A DNA stretch of 64,000 nt, from NCBI GenBank assembly GCA_023334545.1, contig JAADVB010000007.1:1-64000 (forward strand). Reading direction: 5' to 3'. The notes under the pieces were generated by a model. The model had not been told where the DNA came from, did no database searches, and was given only the letters and a program-made list of their open reading frames with translations. Made by a program: the position numbers and the translations under genes. This DNA is from Salisapilia sapeloensis CBS 127946 (Eukaryota > Protista > Oomycota). Every line of letters begins with the position of its first letter. Within the stretch, counting starts at the first letter, position 1. Shown piece by piece: positions 1-11,976 of the stretch.

Positions 1-2100
1 CTTTCACGGGCGTCTGCTTCGGCAGTGCCGGCCGCATCTGCTGTCTCGCCACTGCGAACGCTGCCTGGATCGGCGTCAGACCTCGGAACGGCTGGTCCTT
101 TGCCAGCATCTCCCACAGCACGACTGCGAACGAGTAGACGTCTGCTTTGCTACTGTATGGTTCGTGCCGGATGACTTCGGGTGCCATCCATCGGTACGTT
201 CCGGTCTCAGCCGTCAAGTCTGCAGACGCGGCGCCCATATCCAGGACACAACTTAGTCCAAAGTCTGAGATTTTGACTGTCCCGTGTGCATCTAACAAGA
301 CGTTGGCAGACTTGAGGTCTCGATGCATGATCGAGCACAAGTGGAGGTAGTTCATACCCATGGCAATCTCTTTTGCTATCCGAAAGAACTCGAGTGGAGA
401 TCGACGCTGGCGAATGAGGTCCGTCAACGTCCCCTTTTCCATAAACTCAAACACGAGGCAGTACTTTGGTGGACTTACGGCTGCACCTAGGAAGAGTACG
501 ATATTCGGATGACGCAGTTTGGACACGACCGCAACTTCTCGTTGGAACTCATTCAAAAGCTCCTGTCCAAGACCTTGCCCATGTGCAGACGCGTCCACTA
601 GTTTAGCAGCAACGTGTGTGCCTCGCCATCGGGCGCTGTACGTGTTGCCAGAGCGTCCATTGCCGACCGCCTTGTCCAGTTTAATTTCACTCAGCTTGAG
701 CTGCCACTCGGGCTTGTCCTCGTTTTTCCCCTGGACCATATCCATGACGCCCAGTTTCTCTGCCAACGTTTCGACATCCGTGCTTTGCTCTTTATCCGAC
801 TCTGGTTCCTTGGCACTCAGACGCAGCAGATTGTCCTCAACAACTTGCTGCAATTGCGACAGACGAGCGGCATCGAGGAAGTCTCCTTTCACGACGAAAC
901 GATCCAACGTGACGCCGTCGTGTGTAGTCATAACGTCGGCATCGACGATAGAGCCCTTCATACTCGTCAAGGCTCTCGTGATGGCGTCCAGGAGACTGTC
1001 CTTGTCGGACGAAATGACGACGACTTCACATAAATTCTGCACAGTGTTGCCATCATCGTCCTTCTTGGCCTGGGAACTAATGTTAAGCTCTTCGGGGTGA
1101 CGCTGGTGACGAGACAGGAGACGCATGTGCATCGGGACGTCGGCAGGGTCAACGGAAAGAGCGTATCGAGCTGGGAAACGAGCAAAGTGGAGCTTCACAG
1201 ACTTGAGGACAGGTTCATACAAGTGATTCAGCACTTTGGTGCTGCCAAAGTCGTGCGAAGACGGAACGTACATGTCGCCGACGATATGCTTGGCCACAGC
1301 TTGGCACATGTCGTTCACGACAGAGTTCTTCAGACCGCGGTGGAAACCGGATGTGGGTTTCGGCGCAGCAGGAAAGTAGCCTTGCTTCTCCAAGTCTGCT
1401 AGACCATTGTGACTCGTGGCACGACGGACGCTGGAGAGAGACTTGGACGGAGTGGATAAATGCCTGTTCTTGTCTTCTGCAGAGGATGATAGCAAAGACG
1501 TTTGAGCTGACAGACCTTCTCTAGCAGCGATTTCCTGTGACAGTAACTTGGCATGGGCGTCTGGGTCATGCGCATTGGCGTACAAGGTCGAGTTTTCCTG
1601 TCGCTCCGAGATGCGAGGGAGAGATCGCTGGTCTGGTGAGCCTGCCGTTGGTCGAGACGGTTGTTCGAATGGAGACCGACTTAACGAGTCTGGTACATGT
1701 CTAGAAGAAGCGAATGAGTACTTTTGTACATGTACGTCGTGTGCATGGAAACAAATGGTCTTGTTTCGTATTGCCATTAATATTTAAAAATGTACACATG
1801 TATCTTGATAACTTACATATCGCTCATGTCTGTGGAGTTGAGTGCGTTTGTGGGGGCAGCTGCGGCGTCACTATTCGCGGAGCCCGTGCGCCACTGCCGA
1901 TATAAAAGTCGAGCGTCCTGACTCGAATGCGCAGGTGGGGGTGACTTGGAGTAGTGGTGTGCAGCCAAGTCGTCGTTCGCACCTTCCGAGAACTGTTGCT
2001 GGAAAAGTGCGTTCTGGACGTGATGCGGTGACGAAAATGCTTGGTTGGTGTCCGAAGGGTGGTTTGCGTCCGTCGAAAACGTATAGATCGGATCACTCAT
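1..2100 (-). CDS. ACT-domain TKL-group Ser/Thr/Tyr protein kinase (STY8/17/46-like); 3' end runs off the window
   Basis: Not listed as one ORF in the track; translated by hand. Exon 1 starts MSDPIY (ATG 2100), intron 1816-1701 (GTAAGT...TTCTAG), then one open frame to base 1. It contains HFARFPARYALSVD and EVVIVSSDKDSLLDAITRAL (ACT-like), then EFQREVAVVSKLRHPNIVLFLGA, HRDLKS, DFG, AETGTYRWMAPE and KADVYSF. Confidence 0.85.
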
Positions 2101-2779
2101 TCGCAAGGGGAAAGAGTCGTGCGTTGTCAAGATGCGGCCGGACGAGCAAAGGCGGTAGGGAAGCGCTCGGCGGCAGAAGCGGACTGGTCAAAGCTCGTGT
2201 CTTTTCCAAAAGTGAGGTGAGGTAGTTGATGTAGCGGAGGCTGGTCCTTTGCTTGTGATTGGCACAAAGGCGCCATGACGGGACGCAAAGATTGGTGGAA
2301 ACGGGTGTCCCACAAAGAGGCACGCAGATGACTTGGAATAATGACGTTAGAACGAATACCTACGAATGGACGCTGCACGAATCTTGCATCTATTTGCACG
2401 CGAAACGCACGCCAGAGTTTGTATGCAAGTAAGAAGGGGCACTAGATTGTAGACGAGCGTGAATACTATTATTGATTTGAAATTGGGACGGTTAGAAGCG
2501 TGCAGTGCTTTAGAATCCGTTTGCCACGTCTAAGGACAAATGTGACGGTGCTTCAACCTGTGCGCGCAATTGATTGGCTGGTAGTGTCCACCAAGCAGAC
2601 ATGTCACTTTTTGTATGCCCCGCACCGGAAAAGCACAGTTGGCTACTGCTCGATATCCAGGCTCATGGCGAGACGTCCTCGAGTCTGGGGCAAAGCACGC
2701 CCCTTTTGATTTGCAACACGAGACATCCATCCAAGTCGGAAAACTATAGTTATCTATGCGCTCGTCCACGCCGACAAAA

Positions 2780-3503
2780 GTTTCAAGACAGCTGAAAATG
2801 GACGCTACTTGAATGACCGGAAGTGTGCATTGAACTTGAAGGTTCAATGGACGTCAGCTCGAAGATTCGTGACACCAGATTATGGATTCGAGGACCCGTC
2901 CCTCCGATATTTGGAAAATCATGTTCTCCAAGAGAGTCTACGACACAGAAATGTAACGCCCGGTGCCCAAATACTAGTCGTAGACGACGCCCTATCCGTG
3001 ACCTTCAACATCCAACAAAGCTCCTTCAAGCATGTGTTGTCGTCATAGGTTTACACTCGTATTTGCTAACGTGTCCCTAGGTACCATACTAGACGCTCCT
3101 AGTTAGCACAATGTTATCTTGTGCTGGTATTTTAAATCCAATTTCGCATCCCCATACGAGTAGACAGATGGGCGCAAGTCTATTTTTACAGTTGCTCTTC
3201 ACTATGAAGCTGAACCCATAGGACGTCGTCGGAAAGATAATATCCAACCCCACGTTTCCTGCTTGTTGATCGTGGTATTATCCACTAGATCACAGACCGC
3301 GTACGAAAGAGCTGCTCGAACGATTTGTATCCGAGTGCTGCATAGACAGCGTGTTTCTCTACACGCACATGATATGATGGAAGGTGCAAGGTACTGTATT
3401 CGTAGTCAAAGGCAGACAAGGCGTAGTTCTCACAGACCTCTTCTGCCCCATCGAGGCTCAATGGAAGTCGAAGGAAGATTCCTACAAATCTGTACCTTGC
3501 TAA
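2780..3503 (+). CDS. Possible multi-exon hypothetical protein (gene model unresolved)
   Basis: Intron-like segments (gtttac...gctaac...ccctag ending 3080; gtactgtattcgtag near 3391) and coding-looking pieces (RPRTKELLERFVSECCIDS; GRQGVVLTDLFCPIEAQWKSKEDSYKSVPC*). No recognisable family. Confidence 0.2.
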
Positions 3504-3557
3504 TGAAAGAAATGTACACGAATCTCTTGCATCTCCAAATAGGACTCCTGCTTTTTT

Positions 3558-5030
3558 CTATCGACTTGACACGACGTGTTCGCTCGCAGTCTTTGGAAGC
3601 AAAACTTCCCGCTCACTCTCCTCTCCATTTATTTCAGATCCGTCGCTTTTGCGAGGTAGCAGCGGAAGAAAGGCAAGTACAAGAAGCTGACCAACAGCAG
3701 AGGTGACAACAAGTAGCCACAATCGACTCCAATCCACTTGCTCCGTGTGAGAATCGATATGGATACCCATTGCTGATACAAGCAAGGACGTAAAGAGTCC
3801 GGATAAGAAACCTCCAAAGTCCATGGCCGACAGAAAGAGAGCATACGCCAACCCATGCGTATCTTTCTGAGCCGGGCAGTAGAATGTCGCAACCACGAGC
3901 AATTGCAACAAGGCAAACTCGGACGTAAAGGAAGTAATAAAAGCCTCTCCTGTCGCAAACTGGCACGTCGTCATGTGAAGATTTGCTTCGGTGTCTACTG
4001 GACTGTATAGAGGAGGTGCGAGCAGCAGTCGAGGTAGTCCTGCAAGCACGGATACGGTTGTGGAAACGACGAAAACACGACGAACATCAAAGGACGTGAA
4101 CCATTGAGCGTAGACGAGGCAAGAGGTAAAGCGGCCGATCATGCCTGCCAGTGAGAGGTACTGTAGACACTCTGGCGCATGACGTAGTAATGCAAACGTG
4201 TACTGGTACCAAATGGTACTGTCGCTCGGAATGGCATTGCAGAGACAGAAGAATGCGAGCGGAGGTATGAGTGGTTGCATCCGCTTCCACTGGCGCTTCG
4301 TCTTCAAAGTTACGTGCTGACAATACATTCTGATCTTATTGGCAAGCGAAAAGGAAGTTGTTGGATCGTTACGCACATTAACCTCCATGCCGTCATCCTG
4401 CAGGAGATGTTCAGAAAGCTCTGAGTAGTCATCTGATGACGAGGCTGTACGCTCCGAAAGACCAAAAACGCACACTACAATGGCTATGAATGGTAGAAAA
4501 CTCGTCCATTGGATAACTGTCTGCGGTCGGATGGATTTGTCGGCGTAGACAGGGATACCGAGGACTAAAGCAGCAATGGACGCGATGTTTTTCGTGGCAT
4601 TGGCAGCAGATTGCACTGACGCACTCGTCTTACTCGTACTATCTTTTGCAGCGATATCAACGAGGAAGATCCCCAGCATAATTTGGGAGAAGGACTCGAA
4701 AACTGCATCTAAAATCTTAACGACAAAAGCTCCCGTGACGCTGTGTATCCAAGTGCCTGTAATGAAAAGAGAAGTTGCCGCACCAAATTCACAGAGGATA
4801 ATGTAAGGCTTTCGGTGAAGACTGCCAAGCGGAAAATGGTCGGAGATGTAGCCGTAGACTGGTTTTAAATTCCATGGGAAGAACGCAAGGGAGTAGTAGA
4901 TCGTCGTCGTAGCTGGTGGCATGTGAATAATGTTGAACAGCCACTCTCCATACGCTGTCATCGGGAATGTCTGTATAAATGCATGTAGAAAATAGAGCGC
5001 GAGGAGCGCTACAGGCACCGCAACTTGCAT
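3558..5030 (-). CDS. Folate-biopterin transporter (BT1/FBT family, MFS)
   Basis: Single long ORF, first ATG at 5030 (MQVAVPV). BT1 signature FFPWNLKPVYGYISDHFPLGSLHRKPY, many hydrophobic helices, and a later YALFLSAMDFG motif. Confidence 0.85.
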   Translation of the reverse strand: MQVAVPVALLALYFLHAFIQTFPMTAYGEWLFNIIHMPPATTTIYYSLAFFPWNLKPVYGYISDHFPLGSLHRKPYIILCEFGAATSLFITGTWIHSVTGAFVVKILDAVFESFSQIMLGIFLVDIAAKDSTSKTSASVQSAANATKNIASIAALVLGIPVYADKSIRPQTVIQWTSFLPFIAIVVCVFGLSERTASSSDDYSELSEHLLQDDGMEVNVRNDPTTSFSLANKIRMYCQHVTLKTKRQWKRMQPLIPPLAFFCLCNAIPSDSTIWYQYTFALLRHAPECLQYLSLAGMIGRFTSCLVYAQWFTSFDVRRVFVVSTTVSVLAGLPRLLLAPPLYSPVDTEANLHMTTCQFATGEAFITSFTSEFALLQLLVVATFYCPAQKDTHGLAYALFLSAMDFGGFLSGLFTSLLVSAMGIHIDSHTEQVDWSRLWLLVVTSAVGQLLVLAFLPLLPRKSDGSEINGEESEREVLLPKTASEHVVSSR

Positions 5031-5261
5031 CACGGCCCTCCCGACGCAATGCCTGTCAGTGCGGCTATAATCAGATCGCACGACGAATATAAATAAACCA
5101 CGAGTGCAGATTATCCCCTACTTTATCCTACATTAAGCAGTACATATAGTATAAATGCGGTGTAGGATTGTTGAATGGACACAAATCGTGACAACGAATA
5201 CTCAAACTGGTTGGTGGGCAGTACTTGGTCCTAGCAGTCATCCAACACTAGTTACTTGATC

Positions 5262-6455
5262 ATGCCGACTAATCCCTTTGATATTGACGCTGCTGAAGAC
5301 TATGATGATGGTACCAAAGCCATCACATATTCGAGCGATGAAGATGCCCAGGAAGTAGCTGGTTTAGACCAAAATCGTGCTACTGCTTCCAAGTTGCGTG
5401 TGCAAAATTGGGATGACGCTAGCTTCATGGAGTCGCCTGCGTATCAAGGCAAAGTCGTGAAACGTAGTGAACTGGAAGACTACATGAGTAACAAGCAGGA
5501 ACCGGAAGGCGATGAGTCTCCGGACGAGGATGCAATGGAAGGGTGGTCTGAAGCAGAACCGTTTGGCGAATCCGAGGAAGAGGATGACGCGAGTGATGAA
5601 GACAAGAAGGATGCAAATGAGGATGCTAACGACGCGATCAGAAACATGGAGCAGGAGGATTCGGCACAATTGATGCGATCCAAGGACACGACGCAGGTGC
5701 TGGACAAGGCCAAGCACGTTCGAAACCAAAAGCGCGTTTGGGAGAAAGCCCTCGAAGTTCAGATCTATACAAAGCGTTTATTAACGTCCTTACAGTCATC
5801 CCAAGGCACGGATTCGTCCAGTATTGCAGAGAAGCTTCGTTCATGCATCACCAACATTGATTCCATTCAAACGTCTTTGAGCTCTGCCATGCCAGAGTTA
5901 GCACACGAATCTTCTTTAAAAAAACGTAAGAGAGAAGATCCATTGGATGAACTGTGGGACGCTATTCAGGCAGACAATAGTGACCTACAAACACCTTACA
6001 GCACCATCCTGAACCGGCATACAAGACAAACGAACTTGTCGTCTACGTCTCAGTCGAATAAATTTAAGGCTGTGAACCAAGAGATCATGAGCCAAGTGGA
6101 TGCTGTTCTAGCGGACAAACAGCGCGTGAAGCGTAAGGCACACGCACCTCTCGACACGACCAACGAGACGGATGAAGAGCTGGATGAGACGACGTACGAT
6201 GACTCGGACTTTTACCAGCAACTTTTAAAGGAGTTGATCGAGGCGGGAGGCAGCAATCAAAGCGCAGAGGCTATATCTCGTCGTGCGAAGAAGAAACGCA
6301 AGAATGTGAATCGCAAGGCTAGTAAAGGTCGACAACTCCGGTACGCCGTCCATCCGAAATTAGAGAACTTTATGTTCCCGGAACCGTATGCGAAGCCATC
6401 CATGGATGTCGATGAGCTCGTCCGGTCGCTGTTTGGGCAAAGAAGAGCGGAATAA
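5262..6455 (+). CDS. AATF: AATF/Che-1/Bfr2 small-subunit processome factor
   Basis: Acidic N-terminus, KAKHVRNQKRVWEKALEVQI, and a TRAUB-type C-terminus YDDSDFYQQLLKELIE...RKASKGRQLRYAVHPKLENFMFP. Intronless. Confidence 0.9.
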   Translation: MPTNPFDIDAAEDYDDGTKAITYSSDEDAQEVAGLDQNRATASKLRVQNWDDASFMESPAYQGKVVKRSELEDYMSNKQEPEGDESPDEDAMEGWSEAEPFGESEEEDDASDEDKKDANEDANDAIRNMEQEDSAQLMRSKDTTQVLDKAKHVRNQKRVWEKALEVQIYTKRLLTSLQSSQGTDSSSIAEKLRSCITNIDSIQTSLSSAMPELAHESSLKKRKREDPLDELWDAIQADNSDLQTPYSTILNRHTRQTNLSSTSQSNKFKAVNQEIMSQVDAVLADKQRVKRKAHAPLDTTNETDEELDETTYDDSDFYQQLLKELIEAGGSNQSAEAISRRAKKKRKNVNRKASKGRQLRYAVHPKLENFMFPEPYAKPSMDVDELVRSLFGQRRAE

Positions 6456-6497
6456 ACTCAATTGATTTGTAAGAACTCCAAACATGTATTTCACGCA

Positions 6498-9474
6498 CTA
6501 GACCAGATCGACATCTTCTTCTTCCACCTCCACATGATGCTGCTGCATCTCCAGCGTAATCGCTTCCACTTCGCTCACGCGACATTCATCACATGCCGCA
6601 GTTGCACCGACCTTGCCAACGATCTGGACAAAGTTGAGCACTTGCTCTGCCAGTCTGCTTACGTTTGCTGCATGCTGTCTCTTTCCTCTCACTATCTTTT
6701 CCATCGCTACGCGTTCTTCCTGCACGAACCCCAAGGCAGCGTGTGCCAACGGAATAGCTGCATTCATCAACTCCTGTCCCCTGTCGTCAAAGCGTTCAGG
6801 GATCCGTTCGTCTCCGAGCTTGCGTCGTTCATGCTCAAATAATGCATTCTTAAATACTTTATGACGAAGCTGGACTGCTTCCTTTAGTAGCTCTCGGAAG
6901 CGGAGGACAAGAGTGCTCTTATCAGTTGCTGTGGCTCGAAGTGTCGTGGGCGCTTGGACAAGTTGATCGTGCTTGTCTTGTAGCTGGGACGTTGTGGATT
7001 GCAAGAAAGACAAGCTCCATAGACGGTTATATGCCCGGGCAGCATTCTGCCGGTCGTCGTCGGAAAAGTATTTTGTGTTCGTGTCTCGACTGCGCATGTG
7101 AAGCCGATTCGACCAGCACTCTTGCTCCTCTGCACCAAGCAGTAGACCGACATCTTCCAACTGCCTGGAAATGTCCACGTAGAAGCGCATGGCATGCTCA
7201 TCGTCCTCAAATTCAGTTGTCAGGATACATGTAAAGAAGCGACGTATATCATCCCTCTTCTCGACCAGTTTCTTATTCTCTTTCCGTCGAGCCTGTCGCT
7301 CCAGCTCTTCAATCAGACCACTCTTACTACTTGGAGCAGGAGCGTCTTCACTCCCAAAGATAGCGGCGACGGCACTTTCACTACTCACACCTTCATTTGG
7401 CGTCGGATCGGCAGATACCGACTGACGAGAGGTTGTTGTCGTCTGTGCCACGATGTTGCCACGAGAGACTACATCCGTACCACGTCAGTGGACGAAGGCT
7501 AAATTATGAGAACAAGAAGAAACCTTGTTGGATGATAGCTTGCTGCTCCATGACCATGTCATAAAGCTTTTGGATGGACACTGGTGATGACTCGTCTCGA
7601 GCTATTGGCTCTTTCGGTGGTCCAGGATCATTCGGAGATGCATCGTCCGGTCTATCTAGATCGACAACGCCAACACCATCTCTCTCCATCTTCATCTGAA
7701 TGTGCTCCATAGGCATACCCATCTGCTTGAGCTTCATGTACTTCGCGTACACTGGGTCCTGGGCAATGGTCATGGGATTGTACGCAGGTCTACGTGCTTT
7801 CGGCTGTCGTCCAAGCTACGGAAACAGTTGTGATTGTCTGTACGATAGAACATGCAACATGCAGTCGAAATGTATTCAAAAGGTATTCTCTTCATTGATG
7901 CAAAATATACAAGCCTCGATGGTCTCCTTTGATATAATGATGTATATCGTATTTACAGAGGTCCCCAACTTGTCTTCAAATCATCCTGGTCATCACTGTC
8001 CTCCACATCTGTCGTAGGGTATGCCGACATGTTGGCCATCGGATTGGATCGAGGAGATGCGGAGGCAAGTGATGACGAAGAGACTGAGTTATAAGGTTTC
8101 GAGGGACCTCCAGTGGAGAATGAGGAAAAAGAGGCGCGAAGAGATAGACTACTCCGACTAGGAGTATAGTTCGACCTGGACTTGGACACAGCATGCAATG
8201 CATCACTCACCCCTGGGTCGTTCGGAGATGGTCGGCCGGGGTGCGAAAGCAGGTCGGGGTCCACACCCTCGGCTTCCATCTTCATATGGATCGCAGCTAG
8301 TGGCATGTCCAAACGCTTAAGCTTAAAGTACGGTTGGAACATCGGATCTTCTGCCACGGTCATCGGCACGTACTCATCTTCTGCAGGCTACTCGACACGA
8401 TTAGACTAGCAGATACACGAGATGACATATACTCTTACGCCTGGGTCGTTCGGAGACACGTCGTCCGGACGGTCAAGCAGCGTCACGTCGATACCTTCTT
8501 CCTCCATCTTGCGTTTGATCTGGTCCAGCGGCATATCCAAGTCTTTGAGTTTGAAGAATCGACGAAACTCTTCATCTTCCTTCACGAGAAGAGGCCGGTA
8601 GAACTTTGGTCGGACCCCCATCATCATGGATTCGCGCATGGAGGTAGCGGAGCCATAGGAAGCCAGCATCGCGCCCGAGCCTAAGGTTGGTGCAGATGCT
8701 GGCGGAGCGACGACGTCCTCCTGCTCCTTCCGCTCCTGTAGCTTTTGCGTCCGTTCTTCCAAGAGGTCGAGTTTCCGCTGGAGCTCTTCCAGGTCTTCCG
8801 TCGTGACTGTCGACCGGCGGTTGGCATTTTCATCCTCCGACTGGCGGATGCTCATGAAGTGCGCAATCTGTTCCTTGAGATGACTAATGGACGCGACGGC
8901 ATCACGCGTAGTCTCTTGACTGGCATCTCCATTGGACAATTCCATCAGACGCTTGATCTGGTTCTTACTCAGACGCACACGACCGGACTTGGAACTTTTG
9001 GAACTGATCATGCTATGACTGAGTTTGGAGGATCGGTTCTGCCGAGTGTTCTCATCCACCTGTGTGTCCTCCTCTTCCTCCTCACTCTCTTCATCCGAGG
9101 ACGAATCGATCGACTCGTCATCACTCATGTCTTGCATTCGAACTATGGGCGTTGGATGAGTATAAGATTTTCGTATGGAGAAATGGAGGAGGTACCTGTA
9201 ATACAGTAAGCTCGATGTGCTTTTCCATGCCTTCGAAGGCACATCTATCAATTTCAATAGTTCACGTTAGATGCATACAATCGTACTAGATTAGACTGAT
9301 TTCTACCTCATTGCAGTACAGGACAGCATGACACATTTGGCATGGTAAGGTGGCATCCATCGCACCGCAAGAGGCACATTCTTCTGCCTCAGCCTCCAAT
9401 AACGAGTTATTGTCTCCTCGGGCCATGCGAGTAAGCCTCATCATGAGTTCATCGTCACTGTCGCTGTCTCCCAT
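6498..9474 (-). CDS. MYND zinc-finger protein with coiled coil, three WASHC3/CCDC53-C-terminal-like motifs and an unknown helical C-terminal domain (multi-exon)
   Basis: Splicing the first exon (ATG 9474 to 9307) to a small exon near 9244-9196 gives CASCGAMDATLPCQMCHAVLYCNEMCLRRHGKAHRAYC (MYND pattern). ORFs 8406-9257, 7953-8369 and 7504-7773 each carry a motif copy, and a GT donor near 7520 links to ORF 6498-7451. The junction between about 7955 and 7820 is not resolved. Confidence 0.7.
7620..8595 (-). repeat. Three diverged ~50-codon protein repeats (Y.P...DP.(F/Y)..(F/Y).KLK...MP...I..KM..(E/D)G......L..P...SPNDPG)
   Basis: Copies read YRPLLVKEDEEFRRFFKLKDLDMP...SPNDPG, YVPMTVAEDPMFQPYFKLKRLDMP...SPNDPG and YNPMTIAQDPVYAKYMKLKQMGMP...SPNDPG. 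The DNA ctgggtcgttcggaga is shared by copies 1 and 2. Confidence 0.85.
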
Positions 9475-10894
9475 ACTACGAGTAAGTCCAAAGAGTGAGG
9501 AAGAGTCGTGATACAAAGGTCGAGAGCCGTCCAGAAGTGAGAGGTCACGCGCAGTCTCGGTGGAACGACCGAAAACACGATTCTATTGCTTTCGTCCTGT
9601 AGTAGTGTTTCCTGCGACTAATGCTGGACACTTTATCGTTATTCAACGCATAGGCGTCCAATGATATGAAATAGAAGGAGATTCAGTAATTGTGGTCCAC
9701 ATAAGTGTGGAATTTTTTGATCGATGAACCCATCGAGCCTGTGAAGGGACGCAATCTTACTCGAGATATTAAAAGCACTCGTGCATGCTTCCATGCTTTT
9801 TGACGTTTTGTTAAAGATGTGCAAGGACAGCGTATAGTGGATACAAGCTTGCATGCAAATAGCGAATGCATTTTCTTTAGATTTGGTGTTTTGTGTTAAA
9901 TGTGCAAAACCAAGTTTTTATCTGATCGACTTTATACTACGCTGAAATACCTTTGACGTCCAGTTTTGGTAGTGGTAAGCAATGCGCTGGACACAAAAAG
10001 CTTATCTGACACGTTGCGACTGCACACAGCTTTACAAGTAAAGGATAGTGGCTATTTAATTGATCCAGCTCTTCTAATTGAAATGAGCTACTTTAAGATA
10101 TTTACTATGTGTCCAAAGGATTCCATATGCAGGCAAGTAAGCATTGCATCAACTTGTAAATTGAGGAGAGGAAAGCCATAAAAGCTTTTTGGATTCACAT
10201 ATCTTCCAGTATGGATCAGTCACGAAGATGGGAAAGACAAGACGGCAGGAGAACCAGACGAGAAGAAAGTGAAGCGTAGTAAGCAAAGGTCTTCAGAGAC
10301 GGTTTACTTAGTCCATAGAGAGCATAACGGATGGATTGTAAACATAAGACGGGAAAAGCAAACGACTGTGCAGAAACGATAAATTGAATACTGCGTACTG
10401 TAGCTCAAGATGAGCGGTTCAAGGTCCGTATCGATGAACGCTGTCTAGTAACGTTGATCTTTATTACCTAAGAAATTGTTTTACGATCCATTAAATATCA
10501 GCATGTGAGTTTTAGTTCCTGTACCATGAACCATGAACCAAATCTAGGTCTAACTCAATCGGCAACAATGGATCCAAAGCCAGAGAGACCATAACTCTCT
10601 ATTCCATTGAGCTATACAAGCATTGTGCTAGTTACAGCATAACGAAGACATTGATGCCGTTACGTGCCGATACTTAGACCATAAAGTCTGGTCTGTTCCA
10701 CCGGACATTTAGTTTGTAACTCATGAGAGCACATTCCACCTTTTACTTTCCTACAATCTAACTATAACATTCAAGTGCATGTCAGTCGCTGACCTGTCAA
10801 AGATTTATCGTACGATCGTCACGAGTTCATTAATGATCAAATCTGCTGGTACAAAAGGATTCAAGTATGTATTCGATATAATGGTGCTTCAAGT

Positions 10895-11720
10895 CTATCC
10901 AAAGGCTGGGAATTTGCATTCTGGACAAGTCGCTTTCTCCTGAAGCCACACGTCGATGCAAGCCGTGTGATACCGATGGAAACATTGTAAAAGTCTAGCT
11001 TGATCGCCGACCTCGAAATCTGAAAGACAAATAGCACATTGTTTTCGCTCCTCACTTGAATTCTCCAGCATCTCGCGTCTGTCGTACCTGGTTAATGATC
11101 CATGCTAAAGACATATTCCATGCATCAACGTACGTAAAGGTGACGTGAGGCAGGCGTGCAATATCCTGGAGAGAAGCTCCGTGATTCTTCTTTTCATTGA
11201 ATTGTTCCAGTTGTAAAAGCCATTCGTAGTCTACCGAGGCGGTCAATATGATACGAGATGAACTAGATAGATCCTTCGTACCGTTGCTATCGAAATCTCG
11301 GCTAGATAGTAGACGCCGGAGCGTAGCGTTGTCCAAGCGATCGTACACACTGCGACTCAGACGAAGCGAGCTCGTCTCCCGACGCATACGGTGGCGAAGA
11401 ATCTCTTCTCGGCGTTGTTTGGCTTCCAGCCGCATGAACGACGCCAAGGCGTAGGTCGCAAATGCGACAAAGGGTAGCACTATAGGAACACAGCATGAGC
11501 TTTTTACTTTCGATATGATTCGCGAGATCATGTACGAGAAATAACGAGGGAGAGTGCATCGTCCTGCGTGCCATAGGCAAAGGCTCCAGACGCAGCAAAG
11601 AGCGTCGTCATTGACACGGCCCACATTGCGGAGGTCCAGCTTCCAAACATCACGGGAATTCTTATAGTTTATTCGAGTCCTCTTGAAGATCGGAAGCGCC
11701 AGATTGTAAGGTTGCAACAT
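10895..11720 (-). CDS. RING-H2 E3 ubiquitin ligase with a predicted transmembrane segment
   Basis: The last exon, translated by hand, reads CAICLSDFEVGDQARLLQCFHRYHTACIDVWLQEKATCPECKFPAFG* (stop 10895). Upstream ORF 11052-11720 has IVLPFVAFATYALASF and DYEWLLQLE...GASLQDIARLP, typical of sequence preceding a RING-H2. Confidence 0.8.
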
Positions 11721-11976
11721 ACGCTAATTCGACGAATGACTTGCTGTTAAAATGCAACTTTTTCTAGACTGGCGAATGAAGTGTACGGTTCTTATTTTCG
11801 ACCAATCACAACTACCGACTTGGCTGCAGCCAAATGTCTATTGCGGTTTGTATAGGTGTAATTTTCGACACGACAAAAAGCGGACGACGAGCGATAGCGA
11901 GGGAGAAGCAGAAGCACCTCTTCGTTCGAGCCCCCTTGCATAAGATAAAGGTAACAGCGTACGGACGAAAACTAGG

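Noticed and set aside
147-1787. Several + strand ORFs (519-1100, 614-1033, 1097-1402, 1548-1787)
   Set aside because: Antisense shadows of the minus-strand ACT kinase.
9966-10181. Faint resemblance to a Crinkler N-terminal (LFLAK/HVLV) region
   Set aside because: Neither motif is actually present and there is no ATG or signal peptide; the similarity is too weak.
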